Under the pieces are notes generated by a model, which saw nothing but the letters and a program-made list of their open reading frames with translations, searched no databases and was not told where the DNA came from. Below, one piece after another: positions 18,920-26,653 of a stretch of DNA of 64,000 nt. This stretch comes from a virus. The stretch lies in IMG/VR virus record IMGVR_UViG_3300047160_002873, positions 6,173 to 70,172 of that record; one strand, given 5' to 3'. Made by a program: the position numbers and the translations under genes. Numbering within the stretch: position 1 is the first letter of the stretch; every line of letters starts with the position of its first letter.

Positions 18920-19897
18920 GTGCAGACAACCGAGAGGCGAAAGACTATCGAAGTGGCAAGGGGACGATGGCCTGAGATACTGCTAGCCCTTGGTGTCGGG
19001 CATCACATCATCAACGGAAAGCATCAAGCCTGCCCCGCCTGCGGCGGCAAGGATCGCTTCCGGTTCACAGACTTTCAGAAGCAGGGCGACTATTTCTGCG
19101 GTCGCTGCGGCTCCGGCAATGGGCTCAAGCTGCTCGGCCTGATTCATGGCTGGGAGTGGAAGCAGGCCGCGGCCGAGGTCGATCGCGTCATCGGCAACCT
19201 GCCGCCGCCCCGGGTGGACATCGGCTTCTCCCACAGCCGGGCAGCATCACCCGGTGGTTGCCGCCGGCTTTACGCTGCCAGTCGGCCGATTAACGGGGAT
19301 GCCGCCGGGAAGTATCTGACCAACCGCGGCCTGTCGCAGTCGGACTTCGAAGGCTTGGACAAGGTGCTGCGCTACGTCCCGGCGATGCGCTATCAGGAGG
19401 ACCACACGCTGCACCCGGGGATGATTGCGGTGTTCAGCGATGCTGCCGGCAAGCCTACAACCATCCACCGCACCTACCTCACCGGCATTGGCACCAAGGC
19501 TGCACTGGCGCCGAATCGGATGTTCATGGCCGGCACTGTCCCGGTCGGTGGAGCGATTCGCCTGTCGGTTCCGGAAGAGAACCTCAGCTGCATGGGGATC
19601 GCCGAGGGCATCGAGACGGCGCTGTCGGCGCGAGCCCTGCGCAGTGGCCTGCCGGTGTGGGCAGCGGGCAACGATCAGCTGCTGAGGCAGTGGAAGCCTC
19701 CGGTCGAAGCCATCGAGATCACGATCTTCGCCGACAACGACAAGTCATACGCTGGTCAGTCCGCGGCCTATGCGCTCGCAGCCCGGCTGGTTAACGAATC
19801 AGTGCGGGATAACATTCAACGCCGCATCATTGTCGACGTACCGCCACAGGTTGGCACCGATTGGAATGACATCCTGCAACAAGGGGGTGAACTGTGA
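18920..19897 (+). CDS. DNA primase (Zn-ribbon + TOPRIM)
   Basis: CPACGGKDRF, CGRCGSGNG, EGIETALS, FADND, GTDWND. Confidence 0.9.
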   Translation: MQTTERRKTIEVARGRWPEILLALGVGHHIINGKHQACPACGGKDRFRFTDFQKQGDYFCGRCGSGNGLKLLGLIHGWEWKQAAAEVDRVIGNLPPPRVDIGFSHSRAASPGGCRRLYAASRPINGDAAGKYLTNRGLSQSDFEGLDKVLRYVPAMRYQEDHTLHPGMIAVFSDAAGKPTTIHRTYLTGIGTKAALAPNRMFMAGTVPVGGAIRLSVPEENLSCMGIAEGIETALSARALRSGLPVWAAGNDQLLRQWKPPVEAIEITIFADNDKSYAGQSAAYALAARLVNESVRDNIQRRIIVDVPPQVGTDWNDILQQGGEL

Positions 19898-21369
19898 GAG
19901 CATTGAGACCTGACCAACACGAGGCGCTGGACAATCTGCGTGCGGCTATTGCTGAGGGCAACAAGCACATCGTGATGCAGGCGCCGACCGGCTATGGCAA
20001 GACGGTGTTATCGGCTGAGCTAGTCAACAGTGCTCGCAGCAAGGGCAAGAAGGTATTGTTCGTGGTGCCGGCGATCTCGCTGGTCGACCAGACTGTCGAG
20101 ATGTTCGCCTCGCAGGGCATCGGCGAAGTCGGTGTGATCCAAGCGAATCACCGGCAGACCGATGGCTGTATGCCGGTGCAGGTCGCCAGTGTGCAGACGC
20201 TGCAGCGGCGCGATATGCCGCCGGCCGATGTCATCGTGCTTGACGAGGTACACCGCTGGTTCAACGCGTACGGCACATGGCTGCGGACACCCGGTGTCTG
20301 GCTGGAGAAGCCAGTGATCGGCCTGTCGGCGACGCCATGGCACAAGGTGCTCGGCTGCTACTTCGGCAAGCTGGTCAAGGCCTCGACGACGCAAGAGTTG
20401 ATCGATGGTGGCCTGCTGTCAGACTTCAAGGTGTTTGCCTCGGATCATCCTGATCTGGAGGGCATCGCCACGGTGGCTGGCGACTATCATGAGGGCGAAC
20501 TGGCTGAGCGCATGTCGAATGTGAAGCTGGTGGCCAACATCGTCGAGACGTGGCTGGAGCATGGCCGCGGCCGTCCCACCTTGTGCTTCGCTGTCGATCG
20601 CTGCCACGCCAAGCATCTGCAGAAGCAGTTCGAGGACCGCGGCGTCAAGGCGGCCTATCAGGATGCGTTCACGACGCCACACGATCGAGCGGCGATCAAG
20701 ACGGGCTTCCACGACGGCTCGATCGAGGTGGTGGTGAACATCGGCACGCTGACAACTGGTATCGACTGGGATGTCCGCTGCATCATCCTCGCGCGCCCCA
20801 CAAAGAGCGAGATGTTGTTTGTGCAGATCATGGGCCGCGGCCTGCGAACAGCCAGTGGCAAGGACCATCTATTGTGCCTCGACCACACTGACAACCACCT
20901 GCGCCTCGGGTTCGTGACGGACATCGATGCCAATCACGATGAGCTACTGAACAAGGCCGATCGCGTCGTCAGCGTGACCGATAAGATCAGGCTCCCGAAA
21001 GAGTGCCCGGCCTGCAACTTCCTGAAACCACCGGGGACCGCAAAGTGCCCGTCATGCGGCTTCATTGCGGTGAAGCACAACAAGATCGAGCCTACCGCGG
21101 GCGAGTTGAAGGAGATCGAGCGCAAGAGGAAGGCGGCCGAGAACGATATCAACCCGGCAGTCTTTTTCTCCGAGTTGCTGGCCTACGGCATCGAGCGTGG
21201 CTACAACCCGGGATGGGCTGCGAACAAGTACCGGGAGAAGTTCGGGGTATGGCCTAACGGCCTGAAAGGCACCATGGCTGCACGCGAGATATCGGCAAAG
21301 ACGCGCAGCTGGATCAAGTCACGCAATATCGCATGGGCGAAGTCCAAGCACCGGTTTTCCACAGCCTAG
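19894..21369 (+). CDS. Superfamily II DEAD/DEAH helicase with C-terminal Zn finger
   Basis: APTGYGKT, DEVH, SATP, QIMGRGLR, CPAC/CPSC. Confidence 0.92.
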   Translation: MRALRPDQHEALDNLRAAIAEGNKHIVMQAPTGYGKTVLSAELVNSARSKGKKVLFVVPAISLVDQTVEMFASQGIGEVGVIQANHRQTDGCMPVQVASVQTLQRRDMPPADVIVLDEVHRWFNAYGTWLRTPGVWLEKPVIGLSATPWHKVLGCYFGKLVKASTTQELIDGGLLSDFKVFASDHPDLEGIATVAGDYHEGELAERMSNVKLVANIVETWLEHGRGRPTLCFAVDRCHAKHLQKQFEDRGVKAAYQDAFTTPHDRAAIKTGFHDGSIEVVVNIGTLTTGIDWDVRCIILARPTKSEMLFVQIMGRGLRTASGKDHLLCLDHTDNHLRLGFVTDIDANHDELLNKADRVVSVTDKIRLPKECPACNFLKPPGTAKCPSCGFIAVKHNKIEPTAGELKEIERKRKAAENDINPAVFFSELLAYGIERGYNPGWAANKYREKFGVWPNGLKGTMAAREISAKTRSWIKSRNIAWAKSKHRFSTA

Positions 21370-21409
21370 TCAACGAGGCGTTGACGCCGGTCCTGATTCG
21401 TGAGACAAC
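21369..21409 (+). promoter_or_regulatory. Promoter cassette copy (palindrome + TGATTCG)
   Basis: GTCAAC-GAGGC-GTTGAC, then CCTGATTCGTGAGACAACCC, also present at 26071-26090. Confidence 0.7.
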
Positions 21410-21467
21410 CCGCGGACTGGACGGCCACCTTGCAGTGTCCGTCCTCCCCTCGAACCCGGAGCCCTTA

Positions 21468-21584
21468 ATGGCCTTTATGAACTTCTGGAAGACAATCAAC
21501 TCGATCCTCCGCTCGCGCGGTCAGGATGAGTTGCTCTACGGAGACGCCCGCGCGTGGTGGGCGGAGTATCTGGCGAATAGCTAG
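21468..21584 (+). CDS. 38 aa leader/early peptide
   Basis: MAFMNFWKTINSILRSRGQDELLYGDARAWWAEYLANS with CCCGGAG RBS. Confidence 0.55.
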   Translation: MAFMNFWKTINSILRSRGQDELLYGDARAWWAEYLANS

Positions 21585-21588
21585 GAAA

Positions 21589-21948
21589 AGGTGAGTTCTA
21601 CACGGCGCAAGAGTCCAGCCCAAAAGGTCTCGTGAAATTGGACGAAGTATCGAGCTAACCTCATCCCCTTGTGGGAACGGTTTCGACGGTAGGGATAAGC
21701 TGGAGCGTAGCGTGGCAGCCTCTGCAGGCGAACGACCACTGTTGCAGTGATAGACGCAGAACACCAAACCTTGCGCCCGGCAGCTTCGGCTTACCGGGCT
21801 TAAGGCAATAGGAGGTGGTGTTTCCAAAGGGCCGCGGTGTCGGGCTCTGCGGGCCACGGTATCCCGTCTGTCCTTGGCCGGACGCACGGGAGACTGAAGC
21901 AGAGTGAGAGCTTCGATGCTCTCCCTTTTGGTAACACCATCTCCACCA
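21589..21948 (+). ncRNA. Candidate large structured ncRNA; 3' domain closes with an acceptor-like helix + ACCA
   Basis: Non-coding gap dense in complementary segments (see findings); strand inferred from the upstream promoter and G-U pairs. Confidence 0.55.
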
Positions 21949-21978
21949 TCAACCTCAAACATCAGGAGACTACCACCT

Positions 21979-22860
21979 ATGAATGCACATGCCACACTTC
22001 GTTCCGGCTCGCTTTACACCCAGACTGCCCGCTTCGATGACCAGCAGCACTTCCTCACCGAAGACGAATTGCGCTCGATCGCCCCGAGCGTCTTCGCCAC
22101 CACTGCCCATGAATCCCGCTCCGCCCGCTTCAAGCCGATCGCGACCTATGACGTCGTGCGCAAGCTGGAGCAGGAGGGCTTCGGCGTCGTTGGCGCGGTG
22201 CAGTCGATCGCCCGGTTCGAGGACCGCAAGGACCATACCAAGCACCTGCTGCGTCTCCGCAAGAAGGACGACGTGCAGCGCAATGTCGGCGATACCGTTT
22301 TCGAGATACTGCTCAAGAACGCCAACGACGGCACCGCGGCCTATGACCTGCTGGCAGGTCTGTTCCGCATCCGCTGCCTCAACTCGCTGGTGGCGATGTC
22401 CACCCAGCTGTCGACGCAGCGTGTGCGCCACTCCGGCGACGTCGCACCCAAGGTGATCGAGGGCGTGTTCTCGGTCCTCAACGATGCGGAGCGCGCTCTC
22501 AACGCTCCGGACCAGTGGGGTCAGCTGCAGTTGGCTGCCCCAGAGCAGGTGGCGTTTGCCGAAGCGGCTCATGCTATCCGCTTCCCGGTCGACGAGAACA
22601 GCAACCAGACCACCCACGTTAAGCCGGAGCAGCTGCTTGAGGTTCGCCGTGAGGGTGATCGGGGGACTGATCTCTGGACGGTGTTCAACCGGGTTCAGGA
22701 GAACGTCATCCGCGGCGGGTTGGAGAACTACGGCTACAACGCGGCCAACCAGTATCGCCGGGCCCACACCCGTCAGGTCAAGGGCATCGACCAGAGCACC
22801 GCTCTGAACCGTGCGCTGTGGACGCTGGGAGAAAAGATGGCTGCCCTCAAGGCGGCCTAA
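21979..22860 (+). CDS. DUF932/DUF945-family protein
   Basis: ELRSIAPSVFA..AHESRS.RF..I.T, TKHLLRLR, NANDGT.AY.L.AGLFR..C.NSLV, DLWTVFNRVQEN, LNRALW. Confidence 0.85.
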   Translation: MNAHATLRSGSLYTQTARFDDQQHFLTEDELRSIAPSVFATTAHESRSARFKPIATYDVVRKLEQEGFGVVGAVQSIARFEDRKDHTKHLLRLRKKDDVQRNVGDTVFEILLKNANDGTAAYDLLAGLFRIRCLNSLVAMSTQLSTQRVRHSGDVAPKVIEGVFSVLNDAERALNAPDQWGQLQLAAPEQVAFAEAAHAIRFPVDENSNQTTHVKPEQLLEVRREGDRGTDLWTVFNRVQENVIRGGLENYGYNAANQYRRAHTRQVKGIDQSTALNRALWTLGEKMAALKAA

Positions 22861-22900
22861 CGAGACCCCGGGGGTTGACACCATTCCCCCGGCAAACTTG

Positions 22901-22935
22901 CCCCGGAGGCTTCACCATGGCCTCCGGGGTCTTTT
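22901..22935 (+). terminator. Rho-independent terminator
   Basis: CCCCGGAGGC/GCCTCCGGGG 10 bp stem followed by TCTTTT. Confidence 0.7.
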
Positions 22936-22952
22936 GAACAGGAGCCCTGTCA

Positions 22953-23159
22953 ATGCCTAGGAAGCGCGGCGAGAAAATGAAGATCATAGCGGGGCTCCTG
23001 CGCCGCAAAGAGGGCTGCACCGCCAAGGAAGTGAGGGAGGCTCTTGGCTGGCCTGCAGTGTCGATTAATCAGCGTGCAAGACAGCTGGGTATCAAGACCC
23101 GGAGAGAGACACGTTATTGGGCTATCCGTCCTAATCGCCGTAAGAGCATCACACCCTAG
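22953..23159 (+). CDS. Small winged-HTH protein (DUF3489-like)
   Basis: LLRRKEGCTAKEVREALGW pattern; CAGGAG RBS. Confidence 0.6.
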   Translation: MPRKRGEKMKIIAGLLRRKEGCTAKEVREALGWPAVSINQRARQLGIKTRRETRYWAIRPNRRKSITP

Positions 23160-23363
23160 CGCACAGGGCGGCCTCAGGCCGGAGGGTGCGACACGGACAA
23201 GCAGGAGGGTGTCCGTGGGATCAAAACAACCGCCTGCAGCTGGGGATCGGAGTCATTAACCGAGGCCCCAGCAATTTTCTCTACTGTGGCATATTCGCCA
23301 TAGCCAGTAATTCGCAAATCAGATACAGGTCGACTCATCATTCGAAAAGGGGAGCTACCACAC

Positions 23364-24260
23364 ATGAAGAAGTTACTACTGGGCGCCAGCTATCTGGTGC
23401 TCTCTACCACTACTGTGCTCGCAGGGGATAGCAACACCGCGGTAGGTGTTGGCGTCGCCAAGTCTACGTCGATCTCCAACGCACAGTCACAGGCAGTCGC
23501 GATCTCCGGCCAAGGAGGCGCAGGCGGCCAAGGAGGCGCAGGCGGTCAGGGCGGCAAAGGCGGCACGGGAATAGGTGTCGGCACTGGCGGCAATGTAACC
23601 TTCAACACTCCCGCCAACACTACACAAACCATCACCACGCAAGGCCATAGCTCGGTCTCCACGGTGCCCAGCGTGTTCGCTCCCGGGCTCGCCGCGGCTG
23701 GCATCGAAAGCTGCTTGGGCTCAGTCTCTGGCGGAGGCAGCTGGCTGGGCACCGGCATCACGCTCGGCGGTAGCATTCCTGATCGCGACTGTAGTACGCG
23801 TCTTGATGCGCGCACTTTGTGGAGCATGGGCCTCAAGAGGGCAGCGGTCTCGCGTCTCTGCCAGTCCGACAGCATCTACAACGCGATGCCAGACGTCTGC
23901 GGCGTCTATGTGATCAGGCCTACGCCATTGTTGGCTCCGGTCGGTTACCCGGCTCCAGCGGCTCCGCTGTCCGTCTACGCATCTACTGACAAAGCATACA
24001 GTGGTGGTCCGATCCTGCTTGTCGATGGCAGGCATGGCCAGAACGGTCGTGAGCACCTCTGCAACAGTTACGACGAGCCCAAACAACGCTGCCGCGTATG
24101 GGCTGACGCCGTAACCGTGAGGCCGAAACGTGTTGCGCGTGCGGCTCCACGGAAAGACCAAGTGGCAGCACCAGCTCCCGTCAAGCAGGAGGCTCCGGCT
24201 TCCCCGGCGACGGACAACTCATCCGCCGTAATCACGGCTGAAAAGAAGGAAGCAAACTAA
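23364..24260 (+). CDS. Secreted Gly/Ser-rich protein with 6 Cys
   Basis: Signal peptide MKKLLLG...VLA; GQGGAGG repeats; SC...DC...LC core. Confidence 0.7.
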   Translation: MKKLLLGASYLVLSTTTVLAGDSNTAVGVGVAKSTSISNAQSQAVAISGQGGAGGQGGAGGQGGKGGTGIGVGTGGNVTFNTPANTTQTITTQGHSSVSTVPSVFAPGLAAAGIESCLGSVSGGGSWLGTGITLGGSIPDRDCSTRLDARTLWSMGLKRAAVSRLCQSDSIYNAMPDVCGVYVIRPTPLLAPVGYPAPAAPLSVYASTDKAYSGGPILLVDGRHGQNGREHLCNSYDEPKQRCRVWADAVTVRPKRVARAAPRKDQVAAPAPVKQEAPASPATDNSSAVITAEKKEAN

Positions 24261-24261
24261 C

Positions 24262-24618
24262 ATGCGTAAGCTTTATCTAGCTACGGCGGCACTGTTGCTG
24301 TTCGCCGGCAGTGCACAGGCGGGGTCTACCCTCGCAGTTGCCGGCTCCACCGGAACCAATGCGGTTCTGACTGGCGCGGCGACTTCCAGTCACGGTCTCG
24401 GCTTCTCCACCGCTGGCGCGGCTGGCGTGAGCGCTGGCACTTCGGCTGGTATCGCTGTTTCCACCCCGGTTGGTGGCCTCAGCGCTGGCGTCGGCCAGAC
24501 CAATAACTTTGCCGGGGCCGGTGGCCTGACTGGCGGGGTTCTGGGTGGAGGCGGTTCCTTCATCGCAGGTTCCGGGGCGACCGGAACGAACGTGGGTGGT
24601 GGCTTCACCCACAACTAA
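24262..24618 (+). CDS. Secreted Gly/Ala/Ser/Thr-rich small protein
   Basis: Signal peptide ending AQA; mature part has no D/E/K/R. Confidence 0.7.
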   Translation: MRKLYLATAALLLFAGSAQAGSTLAVAGSTGTNAVLTGAATSSHGLGFSTAGAAGVSAGTSAGIAVSTPVGGLSAGVGQTNNFAGAGGLTGGVLGGGGSFIAGSGATGTNVGGGFTHN

Positions 24619-24683
24619 TTATCCACAGCCAAGTCGGTGGGGGTCAACGTCGTGTTGACTCCCATCGGCCGAATCGCTATACC
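24619..24683 (+). promoter_or_regulatory. Promoter cassette copy with DnaA box
   Basis: TTATCCACA 24619-24627; GTCAAC-GTCGT-GTTGAC 24643-24659; TTGACT-17-TATACC with CGAATCG in the spacer. Confidence 0.75.
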
Positions 24684-24722
24684 GATGCTCCCGGCCGCAG
24701 TGGCCATAACCCGGAGCATCTA

Positions 24723-25577
24723 ATGACCCGCACCGACATCCACCGCCCCTCCGCCATCAACCCCTGCGACTATGACTTCGTCGCCATGGACTATTATGGT
24801 CCGGCTGACTTCGGCGACAGCTATTTGGCCTCCCATCGTCAGGCGTTTCGCGAGCACATGGCCCGCACTGGCGGCACCTTCTCCCAGCACAATCACGCTG
24901 GCAGCTGCCACATCTGCGGTGCTGCCGCCATGTACGTGGCGAAGTTCCACCACCTCCCGACCAACACGTACATCGTGACCGGCACCGATTGTGCCGACAA
25001 CATGGAGATGGGCAACCCGGAGGCCTTCAAGCGCTTCCGCAAGGGCTGCATCGAGCATGGCAAGACCGCCAAGGCCAAGGCAGCCGCCAAGCTGTTCTTG
25101 GAGCAGGCCGGTGTCGCCATTGCTTGGGACATCTACGCTGCCACCGAGCGCTCCGCGTTCCAGAATGAGGAGAGCATCATCACCGACATCGTCGGCAAGC
25201 TGGTGAAGTACGGCTCGGTGAGCGAGAAGCAGGTGGCCTTCGTGCAGAAGCTGGTTGGCCTGATCGCTGCTCGTGCCGAGCGCACTGTTCAGCGCGCTGC
25301 CGAGACCGCAGCCGCCGCCCCGCTGCCGGCTTTCACCGGCCGGGTGCGGATCGAGGGTACGGTGCTGTCGACCAAGACGGTCGAGGGCGCCTACGGCACC
25401 CAGTTCAAGATGCTGGTGCAGCATGCCGATGGCTGGAAAGTGTGGGGCACGATCCCCTCCTCGATCGAGGTGGCCCGCGGCGACCGGGTGGCTTTCGAGG
25501 CCAAGGTCGAGGCCTCGCAGGATGATGCCAAGTTCGGCTTCTTCAGCCGGCCGACCAAGGCGCAGGTGATTCGGTAA
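24723..25577 (+). CDS. Early phage protein with CxxC/CxxC-like Zn site and C-terminal OB-fold-like domain
   Basis: CHICG...GTDCA; GRVRIEGTVLSTK...GDRVAFEAKV...GFFSRP; GGAGCATC RBS; strong codon bias. Confidence 0.7.
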   Translation: MTRTDIHRPSAINPCDYDFVAMDYYGPADFGDSYLASHRQAFREHMARTGGTFSQHNHAGSCHICGAAAMYVAKFHHLPTNTYIVTGTDCADNMEMGNPEAFKRFRKGCIEHGKTAKAKAAAKLFLEQAGVAIAWDIYAATERSAFQNEESIITDIVGKLVKYGSVSEKQVAFVQKLVGLIAARAERTVQRAAETAAAAPLPAFTGRVRIEGTVLSTKTVEGAYGTQFKMLVQHADGWKVWGTIPSSIEVARGDRVAFEAKVEASQDDAKFGFFSRPTKAQVIR

Positions 25578-25846
25578 TGGAGGGACCAATGGAACTGCCA
25601 CGCATCAACAGGTTGTCGGGGACCACCCCCGACGACTTGCTCAAAGACTACGTCAAGGCAATTGATGCCGCCTCCGAGGCCATAGACGCCCTTGGAGGCG
25701 TGTGGCCGAATGGCCGGGACTATCAGGGCGGTAACATCAGCCGAGCGATGCACGAGCACGCTGAGCGCTGCAGGAGCCTGCGCAATGTCTTGGCTGAACT
25801 GACCACGATCGCCGAATCAATTTCCAACCAGATGGGTGACATATGA
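25577..25846 (+). CDS. Hypothetical protein
   Basis: Coupled ORF with a PNGRDY motif. Confidence 0.6.
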   Translation: MEGPMELPRINRLSGTTPDDLLKDYVKAIDAASEAIDALGGVWPNGRDYQGGNISRAMHEHAERCRSLRNVLAELTTIAESISNQMGDI

Positions 25847-26082
25847 CTTTCGTCCTTTCGATGGAGCGCTACCCGGGCAAGGCCGAGGTGCACGGCTTTC
25901 ACTTCGGCTCGATCGAGCGAATTGCTCGTGAGCTAGTCGAGGAGAAAATGAGGACGTGCCGGGAGAACGACTGGCCCATGGTAACGATGGCTTTACTACG
26001 GGATGGAAAAATATTTGACGTTCTCCACAGGGATGGCCAGTGGCAAAGTCAACTGGCCGTTGACCCTGACCCTGATTCGTGA
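25843..26082 (+). CDS. Hypothetical protein
   Basis: ATGA-coupled ORF. Confidence 0.5.
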   Translation: MTFVLSMERYPGKAEVHGFHFGSIERIARELVEEKMRTCRENDWPMVTMALLRDGKIFDVLHRDGQWQSQLAVDPDPDS

Positions 26083-26090
26083 GACAACCC
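26048..26090 (+). promoter_or_regulatory. Promoter cassette copy (palindrome + TGATTCG)
   Basis: GTCAAC-TGGCC-GTTGAC, then CCTGATTCGTGAGACAACCC, same spacing as the 21369 copy. Confidence 0.7.
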
Positions 26091-26117
26091 GGGCCTCGCA
26101 ACCCCGGAGAGCATCAC

Positions 26118-26195
26118 ATGATCTTCAAAGCCATCAATGCCGTTTTGGACCACTTCTGCGCTACCTTCTTCCAAGGCGCTCGCCGCGACTGGTGA
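26118..26195 (+). CDS. 25 aa leader/early peptide
   Basis: MIFKAINAVLDHFCATFFQGARRDW after the GGAGAGCATC RBS. Confidence 0.45.
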   Translation: MIFKAINAVLDHFCATFFQGARRDW

Positions 26196-26244
26196 GCGTC
26201 TCTCTTTCACCCCTTCACCCCTTGACCTAATGGAGACCACCAAC

Positions 26245-26583
26245 ATGACCACCTGCACCGAAGCCCAGCGTGCCGAAGCCATCGCAGCCGTCCGTGAAGC
26301 GTTCGAGACCAACATAGCGGCCCTTGAGGCGGCCTTGGCTGGCCCTTGTACCGGCTCGATCTACTTCTGGCCAGAGTACGCCTTGGGCGCCAAGTTCGAC
26401 GTCTACGGCGGCAAGTCTCAGGCCGTGCGTGCCGATCTGGCCACGGTGTGCGTCAACCGCACCGCCCAGATTTTCAACGGCAAGGGCGAGAAGGCCCGCC
26501 GCACGTCTCGCCGGGTGGCCTGCGAGATCGCCTTGAGGCAGGCGCGCGAATCGTACGCCAGCTTACTCAAGCACCTCGACTGA
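26245..26583 (+). CDS. Hypothetical protein
   Basis: GGAG RBS before ATG 26245; strong codon bias. Confidence 0.6.
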   Translation: MTTCTEAQRAEAIAAVREAFETNIAALEAALAGPCTGSIYFWPEYALGAKFDVYGGKSQAVRADLATVCVNRTAQIFNGKGEKARRTSRRVACEIALRQARESYASLLKHLD

Positions 26584-26653
26584 GGCGTCCCACATCGACC
26601 CTGCGCCGGGCGCCTTCGGGCTACCCGGCTCGGGGCGTTAGAAGGAGCATCCA

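Noticed and set aside
21606-21648. Hammerhead-like GAGTCC...GGACGAA
   Set aside because: The core reads CGCAAGA/GAAG rather than CUGANGA/GAAA, so catalytic residues are missing.
21671-21948. tmRNA resemblance (GGGAACGGTTTCGACGG and a TCCACCA end)
   Set aside because: The 5' motif does not pair with the ACCA-proximal strand, there is no G3-U70 pair and no tag reading frame was evident. Kept only as an unassigned ncRNA.
21970-25601. Long antisense ORFs (21970-22884, 24720-25601) and similar shadows elsewhere
   Set aside because: They mirror strongly codon-biased sense genes and have no motifs or RBS.
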